In this document: piece after piece, positions 1 through 10,941 of the stretch
How positions within the stretch are numbered: the stretch's first letter is position 1
Layout: every line of letters begins with the position of its first letter
Source: Cyanidioschyzon merolae
Taxonomy: Eukaryota
Assembly: GCA_000091205.1 (NCBI GenBank)
Contig: AP006490.2
Strand: one strand, 5' to 3'
DNA: 64,000 nucleotides
Translations under genes and position numbers: made by a program
The notes under the pieces: generated by a model
The model's database searches: none
The model's input: only the letters and a program-made list of their open reading frames with translations
What the model was told of the DNA's origin: nothing

Positions 1-543
1 TTCATCGACGAGGATCGGCAAAATGCCGGTGAAGACCGCGACTTTGCCACCCGGTAGACAGAACGCGTTCGGTTCGGGTGAATCGATGACGACAAATTCC
101 CACTGATAGTGAACGCCTGGTGGACTGATCGCCTCCGCTGAAGCCGCGATTCGTTTCCCTATTCGTTCTACGTATCTACTCGTGGCAGAAGTTGCCGGCA
201 AAATACGTCCATGGTATTGCGTCAGCACCATTTGGAAATTTGCCTTGCCGATGGCGGCCTCCTGGTCAGCAGATATATCGATCATGCGTCGCCGTTGGGT
301 CAGCGGTGCCCGATCGATATGCACCACATAATAGACAACCCCACCAGCAAAGGTCACACCAATGAAGAGCCACTGTCTGGATGAGGGCGAGCCCCATGGA
401 GAGGTTTCCTGCGACTGACGGCGACTGAAATAGACCTTAGTAGGCGGCCGCGGTGGTGACGGAGGAAATATTCCGAACCTGTGCTGCGCACTGCCAGTTC
501 GCAAGTGTCGAATCGCCTGCCAGGCGCTCCGCAGCAGGTGCAT
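1..543 (-). CDS. OMA1: OMA1-like M48-family mitochondrial metalloendopeptidase, partial. The C-terminal part, including the expected HExxH motif, lies beyond the window start.
   Basis: Absent from the ORF track because the ORF runs off the left edge. My translation of the minus strand from the ATG at 543..541 gives MHLLRSAWQAIRH...QWLFIGVTFAGGVVYYVVHIDRAPLTQRRRMIDISADQEAAIGKANFQMVLTQYHGRILPATSATSRYVERIGKRIA...GVHYQWEFVVIDSPEPNAFCLPGGKVAVFTGILPILVDE. A hydrophobic segment followed by the ...VVxSPxxNAFxLPGGKxxVFTGIL block matches the OMA1/M48 peptidase signature that precedes HExxH. Confidence 0.6.
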   Translation of the reverse strand, partial: MHLLRSAWQAIRHLRTGSAQHRFGIFPPSPPRPPTKVYFSRRQSQETSPWGSPSSRQWLFIGVTFAGGVVYYVVHIDRAPLTQRRRMIDISADQEAAIGKANFQMVLTQYHGRILPATSATSRYVERIGKRIAASAEAISPPGVHYQWEFVVIDSPEPNAFCLPGGKVAVFTGILPILVDE

Positions 544-996
544 GACGACGCGCACCGCACTCTGCTACCGACAGTCGGCAGCGCGTAACGTCCGCTGGCG
601 ACAGTGTGCAGACACGATGCCGACCTTGTTCACCACGACCGTGACAGGCACTATGCACTTTAGTGTCTGCTGAGGCTATCACACCACGTCGAGACAGGGA
701 CGCGGCGAGCAGAAGCGTACAGCGCTGCGACGAGAGCGCTCCGGCAACGCCTACGAGCTGGCGGCGAGTGTCCGAGCGTCACTGTGCTTGCTGCTCGCCA
801 CCGCTGGATCGCGCCTGTATCTATGACCGATCAGACTTTTACGGGAGTGCACGTCACCGGAGAGTTGAATACATGGAAAGCATTTTCGTTGTGCGTAATA
901 TATGCATAAGGGGTTCGCTGCGCCCCTCAACTACGCGTGAAGCAGGGCGCGAAGTGCGGCGAGGCTGGCACGCCGACGTGCTATCGTGTCCGTATC

Positions 997-1236
997 GGGG
1001 GCAATCGAGGCAAGCTCGGCACCCGGAGGATCGTGCGAATAAATCATGACTCGCAAATGATAGATATGGAGATACATCTTTATTCATGAATGTATGACGC
1101 GCTGAAGCGCTCTCTAAGGAATCGCAATGACGCTACGTTACCATGGTGCATTTACACAGGCGTTGCGAAAGACATTGTTGCAGGCAATCGAGGCAAGCTC
1201 GGCACCCGGAGGATCATGCGAATGAATCATGATTCC
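997..1236. repeat. Dispersed direct duplication. Two copies of about 54 bp (997-1050 and 1183-1236) share caatcgaggcaagctcggcacccggaggatc[g/a]tgcgaat[a/g]aatcatga.
   Basis: Read directly from the sequence. The copies are near-identical and about 185 bp apart, in an ORF-poor region. Confidence 0.6.
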
Positions 1237-2234
1237 GTAAAGCAAGTCTGTATGGTGGCAATGTTGGTGGCCCAGTGCCTTGTTGAACATGAAGCTCTAG
1301 TGCGGCTGTATGGTTGTTTCCCTAGATGACGAGAGCAATCCTGCGTTTGGGAATTGCTAGGTAGATTCAGTGATCCTGCAGCATGGAAATGCGCATATGC
1401 CTCCGTACCTACGTAGTCGACGACGAATGGATCAGTGGCGTGCATCGTCGACGGTCTTTGTGCTGCTCTTCCGCTCGGTCGTCATGATCTGCAGTAATGC
1501 GCGCATTTCTTTGCAGTATCAAGAAGGTTGATGCTCCTGTAGTGGGCAGTGTTGGCGCATCCGTGCGCGTCCGGTTCGACTCGACGATGAAGAACCAATA
1601 TGAAACCGGCGACAGTGCGTCCAGTGGATCAAATAGCGGCAGAGGCAATGCAGGGATCCGAGCGCCTTCGGAATCTCCATGCGAGGACGCGCGCTTTCAT
1701 ACTGCCACAAATCGATGCATCCAGAGGACTTTGAACGATCCTGCAGATTCATAGGCTTCCATGAACAAAAATCTAGACAAGAGATCCGTCCGCAAAACAC
1801 AGTGATGTTTGAGGGTTAAGGAGGCACCCGTACAGTCCGACCTCGCCTGCACACTTTGCACCGCTGCGACAGGGTCGGCTCACGATAGAACCAGAACAAT
1901 AACCAGTAGATCCGAGCGAAAGTATCGGTAATGGACCTTGAAAGCAGATTGAAGTATAATAGACGCTTTCCCTAATGCGAATATTTATCGAAAGAACCGG
2001 AATCCCTGGACAATGGAAACTTTGCGTCAACCTGGCTAGTGGACACGTGTCCCCGTGGGCGAGCGCCTGTGCGTCAAGACGAATTCCTGAATGCACTGGG
2101 ACACGCCGCCACGCAGTCCGCGTCAGCAGCGCTGCTGTTTGTCGGGGTTGCTCACACGTCTTTGCGTGCTACCTTGCGCAGTGAAGATAGCAATTCGCTA
2201 CCCGTAGCGGTGCTGGGGTTTGGGACTAGTCTCC

Positions 2235-2867
2235 ATGGAGACTACGTCGGACCATTTTGCGGCGGTGAACCGACGACGTCTCCGGCCGCAGAACTACAAG
2301 TGCCCACAGTGCCCGCAGGCGTTCACGTCGAAACAGCACCGTACGGTTCACGTGCGTGTCATCCACGAGAAACGTCGTGACTACGGCTGCGGGACCTGCG
2401 GTCAAACATTTTCTCGAAAAAGCGCACAGGTGAGTCATATTCGGTACGTTCACGAAGGCCGTCGTGACCACGAGTGCCCGATTTGCAAAGTACGCTTCGG
2501 GCGCCGGAACGGCCTCAACAAACACGTTGTCGCTGTTCACTGGAAACGACGAACTTTCAGATGTGACTGTGGTGCAGCCTTTACCCGAAAAGATTGTCTC
2601 CTACGGCATCAGCGGGGTGTCCACGAGGGTCAGAGCCGACCGGGGCAATCAAGCGTGCAGTCGCCCTCGTACGGGAGCGGCTTAGCGCACGGCTCCGCCG
2701 CCCTAGTGCGGACCCCGGTGCCCTCGAAAACGACCACGTCAAACGCTTCTCCCCGCTCGCCTCTATCGAAGCCGATGGCGAGCTCGGGTGCGAGCGGCGC
2801 TCCGAGTTCATCCGGTGCGTTTACGCAATCATACGCCGACAGGAATAGCCCTTTAGCTGGAACTTGA
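2235..2867 (+). CDS. C2H2 zinc-finger protein with four or five tandem C2H2 fingers and a Ser/Pro/Ala-rich tail.
   Basis: The track ORF 2220..2867 starts at TTG, and the first ATG is at 2235 (METTSDHF...). Repeated C-x2-C...H-x3-H units are visible: YKCPQCPQAFTSKQHRTVHVRVIH, YGCGTCGQTFSRKSAQVSHIRYVH, HECPICKVRFGRRNGLNKHVVAVH and FRCDCGAAFTRKDCLLRHQRGVH. Confidence 0.7.
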   Translation: METTSDHFAAVNRRRLRPQNYKCPQCPQAFTSKQHRTVHVRVIHEKRRDYGCGTCGQTFSRKSAQVSHIRYVHEGRRDHECPICKVRFGRRNGLNKHVVAVHWKRRTFRCDCGAAFTRKDCLLRHQRGVHEGQSRPGQSSVQSPSYGSGLAHGSAALVRTPVPSKTTTSNASPRSPLSKPMASSGASGAPSSSGAFTQSYADRNSPLAGT

Positions 2868-3968
2868 CGCGCTCTCTGTATAAAGTCGCTGACGCTGAGC
2901 CTTGGTGCTCGCGCCCCGGCCGCCGACCATCGCCGGCACTCCATTTTTCACCAAGTAGCTTCCAAGGAACTCGAGTGGTAAACGCAAGGGAGAGCACCAA
3001 ACACTCCTGGCAAGCGGAACACATCATTCATGCTCACGCAATACGCCTTGTGCTGCAGTTGCGCTTGCACACGTCATTACGGGATGCAAGTCGCAGCGAA
3101 GATTGCTGTGTCTCGTCGCACACCAGCCTGCTACGTATGCCGTACGTCGGTGCTAGCGATTGTGGTGTCGGTGGATGAGGCGCTCTCGAATTCTGTCCGA
3201 GAGCGTCCGCTCCGGGGCCCGGACAGCTGCGAATGCTCCACTCGTGCGACACGGTCTAGCGCAAACGATCTGTCGTACGCACTTGCGAGGCGACATCGCT
3301 CTGGAAAGATGCTGCCTGAGAGACGCTTCCGAGACTCTCGTGGAACAAGACCGGGTAGCAGTCATGCCGGCTTCGCTGATGCGCCTTCATCGATTCAATC
3401 GAGTGCGTACTGGAATAGGCCGCAGTAGTAGGATTCGATAGCGTCGATATTACTGCTCGAGCAAATAGCATTCTATTCCTCCGGCATTTACCTGGATAGG
3501 TGCATGGAGCGAAATGCAGAGCGAAGCATTGGTTTTGCGTACCCAATGACCCTCGGTTCTCGTCGTCGGTATGCACAAAACGCTCTGCACAAGATCAAAT
3601 TCGAGGTCGCTGGACCTCTGTGGCTTCTATCATTACACTACGATGCGTCCGGATGCCAACGGCAGCATGATCTCGGCTGTATGCCCACATTCGCGCATGA
3701 CACCCCCTCGCACAGCGTCAAAGCACTGCGTCATTCGCGTGCGATGGACACCTCAGTGGCGCTCGTGCCAACCAATGGTGAAGCCGCCGCTCACGGCTCG
3801 CTCGTGCGTACGCCCCGCTCAGGCATACGCCCCCGGGGCATACCGTGATGCGACACCGCCGCCAGCGCCAAACCTCGGCTACGCAGCGCATATGCTGGCT
3901 CTCTTCGAAGGCGGCCTTCAAAGCTCGACATCATCGCTTGCAGCACGCAAGGGTACCATGCCGGGCGG

Positions 3969-4991
3969 CTACCGAACCTGTACTGGGGCTCTTTCCTGTT
4001 TTTTCTCGGGGCTGCTCTCAAAACTGATGTGATCATGCTTTTCCATGGCATTCGCGTTGATCGTTGAAGCTTTTCTCGAAGCAATTTGCAGTTTCAAAAT
4101 TGAATAATAGGTCACGCCAGCCAGTGCAATAAGAATGCCGAGCAAATTCATCATCTCCAAAGGCCGCCCAAAGAACAGAAAATCGGTCAGGATAATTGCG
4201 CTCGTCTTGGCGATGCCGAGCACACAATACGTCACCGATGAGGTATAACCAATGACCATGAAAACCGAAACATTCACGCACAGTGCCGCGATCCCGGAAT
4301 ACGAAAGGAGGCGCACATTCTCCGCGGTGTAGGCATAGTCGATGACTCGCCTGCCGGGCTCTTTGCTGAACAAGTCCGCGACAAGAACAAACGGTATCAA
4401 CATGGCGGCTACCATTGGGGCGACGTAAAGCTGTAATTGCAGCGGATTTGCATCAAGTTCCTTCTGCAAGCGCCCGGTCCAGACCGCGTAGCACGCACAG
4501 GCGACGACGCTGATGAGCGCGAAGCATGTTCCCAGAGCATTGAGGTTGAAGTCGGTTGCGAACGCCACCACCATGCCCGCCACCATGATCAATAATGAAC
4601 GAACCAGCGACGTATCGAAGGATTGATTATAGAAATAAAATTCTATAAACAAAACGACCGGAGTGGACAGATGTTTCATTAGCTGATAAAAAGCCACGGA
4701 GTTATGCTGTAGCGACAGGTTACTAAACACGACGAACGATATATTTCCCAGTGCGAGTCTTGCGCACTTGCGCCAGTCCAAGTGTTTCGCTTGAAAGACG
4801 CGCACTTGCAAGAGAAGCGCCAGGCCCAGTGCTGTCACGAAATAGTGCCAGAACGTCAGGCTTGTTGCAAAGTGAAACGCCGCACGAAATACTTGCTTGT
4901 TCGCTGCGACGATGCCCACGGACGACAAAAAATTGAACGCCATGGCGGCGATACTGCGGGACGCCCCCCAGTGAGACGCTTTCGGTAGCAT
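3969..4991 (-). CDS. SLC35E3: SLC35E3-like nucleotide-sugar / triose-phosphate transporter of the TPT/DMT family.
   Basis: ATG start at 4991. The 340-aa protein is multi-TM. NLSLQHNSVAFYQLMKHLSTPVVLFIEF matches the TPT-family core [25 protein letters not shown]. Hydrophobic helices continue to the C-terminus (IGYTSSVTYCVLG..., LGILIALAGVTYYS). Confidence 0.8.
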   Translation of the reverse strand: MLPKASHWGASRSIAAMAFNFLSSVGIVAANKQVFRAAFHFATSLTFWHYFVTALGLALLLQVRVFQAKHLDWRKCARLALGNISFVVFSNLSLQHNSVAFYQLMKHLSTPVVLFIEFYFYNQSFDTSLVRSLLIMVAGMVVAFATDFNLNALGTCFALISVVACACYAVWTGRLQKELDANPLQLQLYVAPMVAAMLIPFVLVADLFSKEPGRRVIDYAYTAENVRLLSYSGIAALCVNVSVFMVIGYTSSVTYCVLGIAKTSAIILTDFLFFGRPLEMMNLLGILIALAGVTYYSILKLQIASRKASTINANAMEKHDHISFESSPEKKQERAPVQVR

Positions 4992-7079
4992 CTCCCAAAT
5001 CGTGTGAAATCAATCCGATACAGATATTATTCGTGTGGAGCGTTCGCGAGCGCGCGCCCCCTCTGAAACCACCAGCCGCTCTCGGGTATCGTCAGCGGGC
5101 TCTACGACGAGCACCCGAACCCTCTCAACAACTGAAGTAACACGTAGAACCAGTGCCTCTATCTTAAAAACACATTCAAAGTTGACGCTACGTTCTGCAG
5201 GAAGAGATCTGCGTTCTCGAGTTGAACAGTACGGATACCGCGTATGCTCCAGAAACGCGTACCGTGCTGCGTGTGCTGTTGCCGGGAACACGCACGCACG
5301 TTGGCGCGCACGCAGCGTCGAATGCACGCATACCAACAACAGATGGCGGCGGTGGCGGGTCCCGGCAACCGCGCATCATCCAAACTGGGACACTCTCCGC
5401 ATTTGTTGCTACAAAAGTGTCGGATTCGAGTAGAACACCGAATGGATCCTAGTGCTCATGCACTGAGATTGTTGCGAACCTGTTTATAGGCGTGCAGTCT
5501 CGATTCTCGACGTGCAGCGAGAAGGGCTTACGCATTCATGGGTCGTTTTCGGATGCTCGGGTGAGTCGACGCTGTGGCTCATTCGACGCTCTATTGGTGC
5601 AATTCTTGAGTCTAACGAGTATTGTTATCAAGAGGGATCATAAATTTCTAGAAGACGAGATCGTAAAATAACCGATTTCCTTAAAAAGCCCCATGCATAC
5701 AAGTCTCGGTGATTCTTCTTTTCTTACGAATTTTCCGCTCAAATCACACATGCTTCAAGTTTCCGGTGCTTCTGTTCCAGGGCAACACCGGGGTGCAGCA
5801 ATGCGCGCTTCTGGATTGGAGCGTGAAACGAGTCTACGTCATTTTTGGAAGACTTGTTCGCAAGATTACGCTGAGCGTTCACTGAAGTCGTCGCGCGAAA
5901 TCATCGATTCCGTTCGAAAGACAAATCCTGCTTTCTTTGTGCGTGTCGCCAGGACGTCATTCCACAGCAGCATAATATTTCACACAGGATATGCAACCAT
6001 AGGCTCGCTGTCACCTCTGTTTATGTGAAAAGAGGGTCTTGGCTGCGATTCGGACACGGGTCATCGCAGCGATCATCGCCAGTCGAGCGCGCGTCACGGG
6101 GTTGCACGCAGTGAGCCAGAAGCGGATCGGAATTTCTTGACCTGTTGCCGAACCTTGATTTTCCCTCAGGTACTTGTTCCATCATCGTGGACAACGTCGC
6201 GTCCCAAACATTCGATATCGAATTAGACAGCGTGCGCTTGCGTGTCCAGCGGATAGAGACCCCGCAGATGGGATCCCCTGCAAAACGCCCGTGGTCAAGG
6301 GGTACTGCATCGGTGCTAGCCTTCGTTGGCAATCAAGGGCATGTAACGAGCGACAGAGCAATCGTTCACGCGCATCGTGGCGGGCCTCGGAGCAGGAGTC
6401 GGTGTAGTAGCAGATATGGTGAACACACGGGAACAGCTTACCCCAATCACGTGTCGCCGCTGCACAAAGCGCAAGCAGGCTGTCAATGAAAAAGATAAAT
6501 CCCGCGACATCGCTACGTCGATGAGCCAGACCGCGTTCCAGAATGGATGACGAGTCATTCGGCCTCGAGGCAATTCATAACGATCGCCCTGGCGTCCAGC
6601 AGACAGCTCGTGCCATCGAATGAAGCTTACAACCAAAGTATGCGCGTAAACCTGGGCTCCGTTCAGGTTCTTCGACCAGCAACGACTCCCCGGTATCTGC
6701 TTCAGAACCACGGTCCAGTGTCGCTTCCGAGAACTGGCCTCGACGCAGCGCCAGTCCATCCGACAATGCTCAAGAAACACTGGCGGATAGTTGCGTGCGG
6801 TCCAGCGCGCTGTGCCCAGCAGCCGGGCAGCACCAAGACGCTCGCGAACCGAAAGCTGCTCCGCGCTTCCTTCACTTGCCGCTGTAGAGGAAAAGGTCGC
6901 ACATTTCCCAACAGTATAGAGTTTACGGTTCCTTCCAGGTACAGAGGTACGCTATGATCGCGGGGTTTACATACGGTGGACCGAAGCAGCCGCGTGCACC
7001 AGCGTTCCCATATTCATCAGGTCTGCCGTCGGTGCACGAGGTCACCGAGCCCACCACACGAACCAGCGCATGCTCTGCC

Positions 7080-7700
7080 TCACTTGCGATTCACGGGAAT
7101 ACGCGCCCGCAGCTTTTCTCTTTGCTCGCGAGTATCCTCCGGAAGCGGCTGCAGGTACGGAGGCAGTCCAGGGAACTTGGGCACGTTGCCAGTGTCCAGA
7201 ATAGAGCGGCGCGCTAGCGTTGAGCCCGGACGATTTTCTGCCTTGGGCGCCGCCGCAGTAGCCACAGGCTGTTGCTCTTGCTGCTGGGTCGCTCCAGTAC
7301 GCGCTTCCGCAAAGGAACGCGCCTGTGCTGTCCGCTGACGCTGCTCCTCTTCCTCCTCCTGCTTCGTCTTCGCGCGCTTGGGCACTACCTTTGGACGACC
7401 GATTGCAGCCATCGGGGCGCGGATAGGAGGTTTCGCCGCCTCTGGGACATCGTCGTCGTCGTCCTCCTCCCTCCGCTCCGGAACATCTTTAAAAGGAGAC
7501 TTGACAACACCCTTCTTGACCAACTCACTGGTCGGCGCTGTTTGCGTCACTGGCGGCTTGTAACCCGGTTCACCGGGCTGAGGTTCCGCCTGCAGCTGGG
7601 AAACCAACGCTCGCCGCGCCGTCGCAGCCCGTGTACGCCGGCTGCAGCGCGACTGAACCGCACCAGAGCGCGTTCCGATAAAACCTGAGCTGATAACAAA
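7080..7700 (-). CDS. Hypothetical Lys/Glu-rich low-complexity protein. The annotated upstream start at 8000 is probably an artefact.
   Basis: Track ORF 7080..8000 is 306 aa. Its first roughly 100 codons lie inside the 118-bp tandem array, where MYITSDCAHLCP... recurs in repeat-derived ORFs. The internal Met (MAFVISSGF...) near 7700 is the more plausible start. The C-terminus carries acidic and basic runs (EEDDDDDVPE, KTKQEEEEEQRQR) and ends NVPKFPGLPPYLQPLPEDTREQREKLRARIPVNRK. No family was recognised. Confidence 0.3.
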   Translation of the reverse strand, partial: FVISSGFIGTRSGAVQSRCSRRTRAATARRALVSQLQAEPQPGEPGYKPPVTQTAPTSELVKKGVVKSPFKDVPERREEDDDDDVPEAAKPPIRAPMAAIGRPKVVPKRAKTKQEEEEEQRQRTAQARSFAEARTGATQQQEQQPVATAAAPKAENRPGSTLARRSILDTGNVPKFPGLPPYLQPLPEDTREQREKLRARIPVNRK

Positions 7701-7899
7701 CGCCATCGCACCAGCAGACTGTATCCGAAGCAACGCACAGTACCAAACGCGTTCTTCTATGACAGGTAACGCGCACGCGACAAAAGTGTTGGCGTCTGCG
7801 TTGAACGCAGCTCGATGCCATCGCGCTGCGGTTTGCGCAGGCGGTTTCCCGCTGCGCCTCAGCGGTGCGCTGTGATCTCCGGGGTCGCCACGAGACGCC

Positions 7900-8747
7900 C
7901 GTCGACGCTGCGCCAGCAAACGGCGCGCTGCTGTGCGCCGAGGAACGCGCTGTCCCGTATCTGGGGGGCAGAGGTGCGCACAATCGGAAGTTATGTACAA
8001 TATATAGCATAGTTATATATTTATGTCGCAGGCCAGCACACGGCGCGCTGCTGTGCGTCGAGGAACGCGCTGTCCCGTACCTGGAGGCAGAGGTGCGCAC
8101 AATAAAAAGTTATGTACAATATATTGCATAGTTATATATTTATGTCGCAGGCCAGCACACGGTGCGATGTTGTGCGTCAACGCGCTGTCCCGTACCTGGG
8201 GGCAGAGGTGCGCACAATCGGAAGTTATGTACAATATATAGCATAGTTATCTATTTATGTCGCAGGCCAGCACACGGCGCGCTGCTGTGCGCCGAGGAAC
8301 GCGCTGTCCCGTATCTGGGGGGCAGAGGTGCGCACAATCGGAAGTTATGTACAATATATAGCATAGTTATATATTTATGTCGCAGGCCAGCACACGGCGC
8401 GCTGCTGTGCGTCGAGGAACGCGCTGTCCCGTACCTGGAGGCAGAGGTGCGCACAATAAAAAGTTATGTACAATATATTGCATAGTTATATATTTATGTC
8501 GCAGGCCAGCACACGGTGCGATGTTGTGCGTCAACGCGCTGTCCCGTACCTGGGGGCAGAGGTGCGCACAATAAAAAGTTATGTACAATATATTGCATAG
8601 TTATATATTTATGTCGCAGGCCAGCACACGGCGCGCTGCTGTGCGTCGAGGAACGCGCTGTCCCGCACCTGGGGGGCAGAGGTACGCACAATAAAAAGTT
8701 ATGTACAATATATTGTATAGTTATCTATTTATGTCGCAGGCCAGCAT
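7900..8747. repeat. Tandem minisatellite of about 7 copies with a 112-120 bp period.
   Basis: The unit gtcgcaggccagcacacggcgcgctgctgtgcg[cc/tc]gaggaacgcgctgtcccgta[t/c]ctgg[g/a]ggcagaggtgcgcacaat[cgga/aaaa]agttatgtacaatatat[a/t]gcatagttatatatttat recurs at 7921, 8041, 8159, 8275, 8395, 8513 and 8631. One variant lacks gaggaa. Each unit carries an AT-rich, TATA-like core. Confidence 0.9.
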
Positions 8748-10941
8748 GTACGGGTGGCATGCATCCATCGTGGTGCCATGATGTGCACTGCGCGATGAAA
8801 CCTGTCTATCCGCGAGGGCGAATGGACTTTCTCGTGAGCGCGTCAACGGTGCAAGAACCCGGACATAGCGTGCTCTTCTTATGGTGCAGGGTCGTTGCAG
8901 CTGACATCCTGCTTACCGATGTAAGGCATTCGCGCATACGCATACGACGATATTGAGGCGACCAGCAGGATTGTTCTCAGAAACGAACACCGCGTCTCCA
9001 TGGTTTGCAGAGCTGCACTCTCCATGACTCGCAAGCGCATGATCGACAGATCCCGAACGCTGTTCTCAATGAAGAACAATCAGTTGCAGCGACGGGATGC
9101 TGGTCGCGCTCTCATTGCGTTGTACGCTTCCCGTGAAGCGACATTTCGCCCCGATACCGTAGAAGAAGAATTCGTCGGCGATGCAAGCCAACGGCCCCGA
9201 CGAGCACCGTAAGCTTACCAGGTCGTATCAATCCGGAATCACCAGCGCCAGCCAATGCCTGACCCCCGTGTCGCATGCGGACTCGTATGCAGCCCAGTGC
9301 GTTCGTGGCAAATCGTCCCCGAGGGTTGAGGCTGCGTCAACGCAGCGCTCCATGTGCATTCGGGGATCTACTGTATTGGCGGCTTCTCCGGAGCATACCC
9401 AGCGCCTCGGAATAGGTGCCGAGCGGCCGCGAGCCCAGTCACCAGGCGATCTCGCGGATGGAGAACGCAGCAAACTGGTGACCCCGGGGGTATGCGACAT
9501 CGAAAAAGCTCTGCTCCTGGTTGTCGATTCAGACCAGCGTTTGCTCCAAGAGCGCCGCATCGCGTCGAGCTTTTGTCCCCCAGCGCGTAGCTTCCGTTGA
9601 CATGTCGTCGAGACGCACGCTAGCGCCACTTGTCCGCGACGTGCTTCGCGTTTACGGCGTTTCCGCTGTGCTTCGTACTGGCATGTGTTCCCGCGGACTC
9701 ATGCTGCGCTGCTTGCAGCAATTCGCACGTCCATGCATACACGAACGTGCAGAACGCGCTGGAACCAAACAAACAAAAACAACGGTTTACATGCTCCAAC
9801 GAACAGGCTCAGGCTCCGACAGCCCGGATGCATACAAACTGTGTGTCTCTCGCAACGCTCGCCCCGGTCGCCGCTGGGCGCTATGCCTCCGGTACGGCGC
9901 TTTGCGAAGTATCACTCGAGTCGTATGCCTTCTCGTCTGGTCGCTGCGCTAAACCCGAACTGTTCAGTCAAAGAGAGCATGACGCCGGGTCCGGTAAAAC
10001 TCGTAGCGGCCTCTAGCGTACTGTCACGCAACTAGCAACATATCGCTTTTCCCGATCAGCTATATCGCAAACATGCTGCGCAGCTCAGCAGTACTCCAAA
10101 CGTGCTTGGACTGTCTCGTGACTGCTACGTGGGGCGTGTGTGAAGGCACCCTCGAGCGACTAGCGTCAGGCATCGCTTTCTCCCTCTACAAAAGATACAT
10201 ACGCATGCAAACACATATCCATACGCAACCCAGACCCTCAGACAGTACGAATACACTGGATGAGAGAAGAACGCCCATCGCAACAGGCGCTGCTTTCGGT
10301 TCCTCCCGAAGAGCGCAGCCTACGCTGCTGCGTAGCGCTTTGCAGGTATGGTTGCATCATAGGGTCCCGCGTCCAGGTCCTCCACCTCTAAAACTCCACA
10401 TCGATTCCATTGAACTTTACGCGTAGTTTCCTCGGTACGACGAGAGCAGCTTCTAGCCACCGCAGAGTCGAGATCAGCCTGTCAGAGGTGTATAGGAAAC
10501 GAGCCTCAGCATGGGAACCTCAGCTGAGAGTGAGCAAACAATTGGTTTGGTTGTCATCATTTCTCGAAACCGCCTGCTGGCAAGCGTGCCACTCCAGTCG
10601 CAACTACCAGGTACCTGGCTTGTCTCGACGCAGCGGGCGCACCCGGCACCCGCTGCGTCGAAAGCACCCGTACCTTGGCAAACACCGCGTCCGCCGGTGC
10701 GACATCGTCCGGTCAAACCGTCCAACGAACACATGAACCAGTTTTGAGACTAGTGGCAGTAGCCTGCTAGCCTTTGGTCAACTTCGTTGCAGCGGGCCTT
10801 TGCCAGCGTTGCCCCACGAACGACACGTGCCCGCAAACACCTCAGACCTTGTTCCGCTTCGCAGCAGTGCCAAGTGCACAGCGGGGGCGTTCCCTGCGTA
10901 GACACCGTCCGCGGAACTCCGCTTTGTAGGCGTGTCGCGCT

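Noticed and set aside
7815-8956. Overlapping ORFs on both strands through the 118-bp array (MRCCASTRCPVPGGRGAHN..., MYITSDCAHLCP..., MRTSASRYGTARSS...)
   Set aside because: They are repeat-derived. The same peptide recurs with the repeat period, and they are not credible genes.
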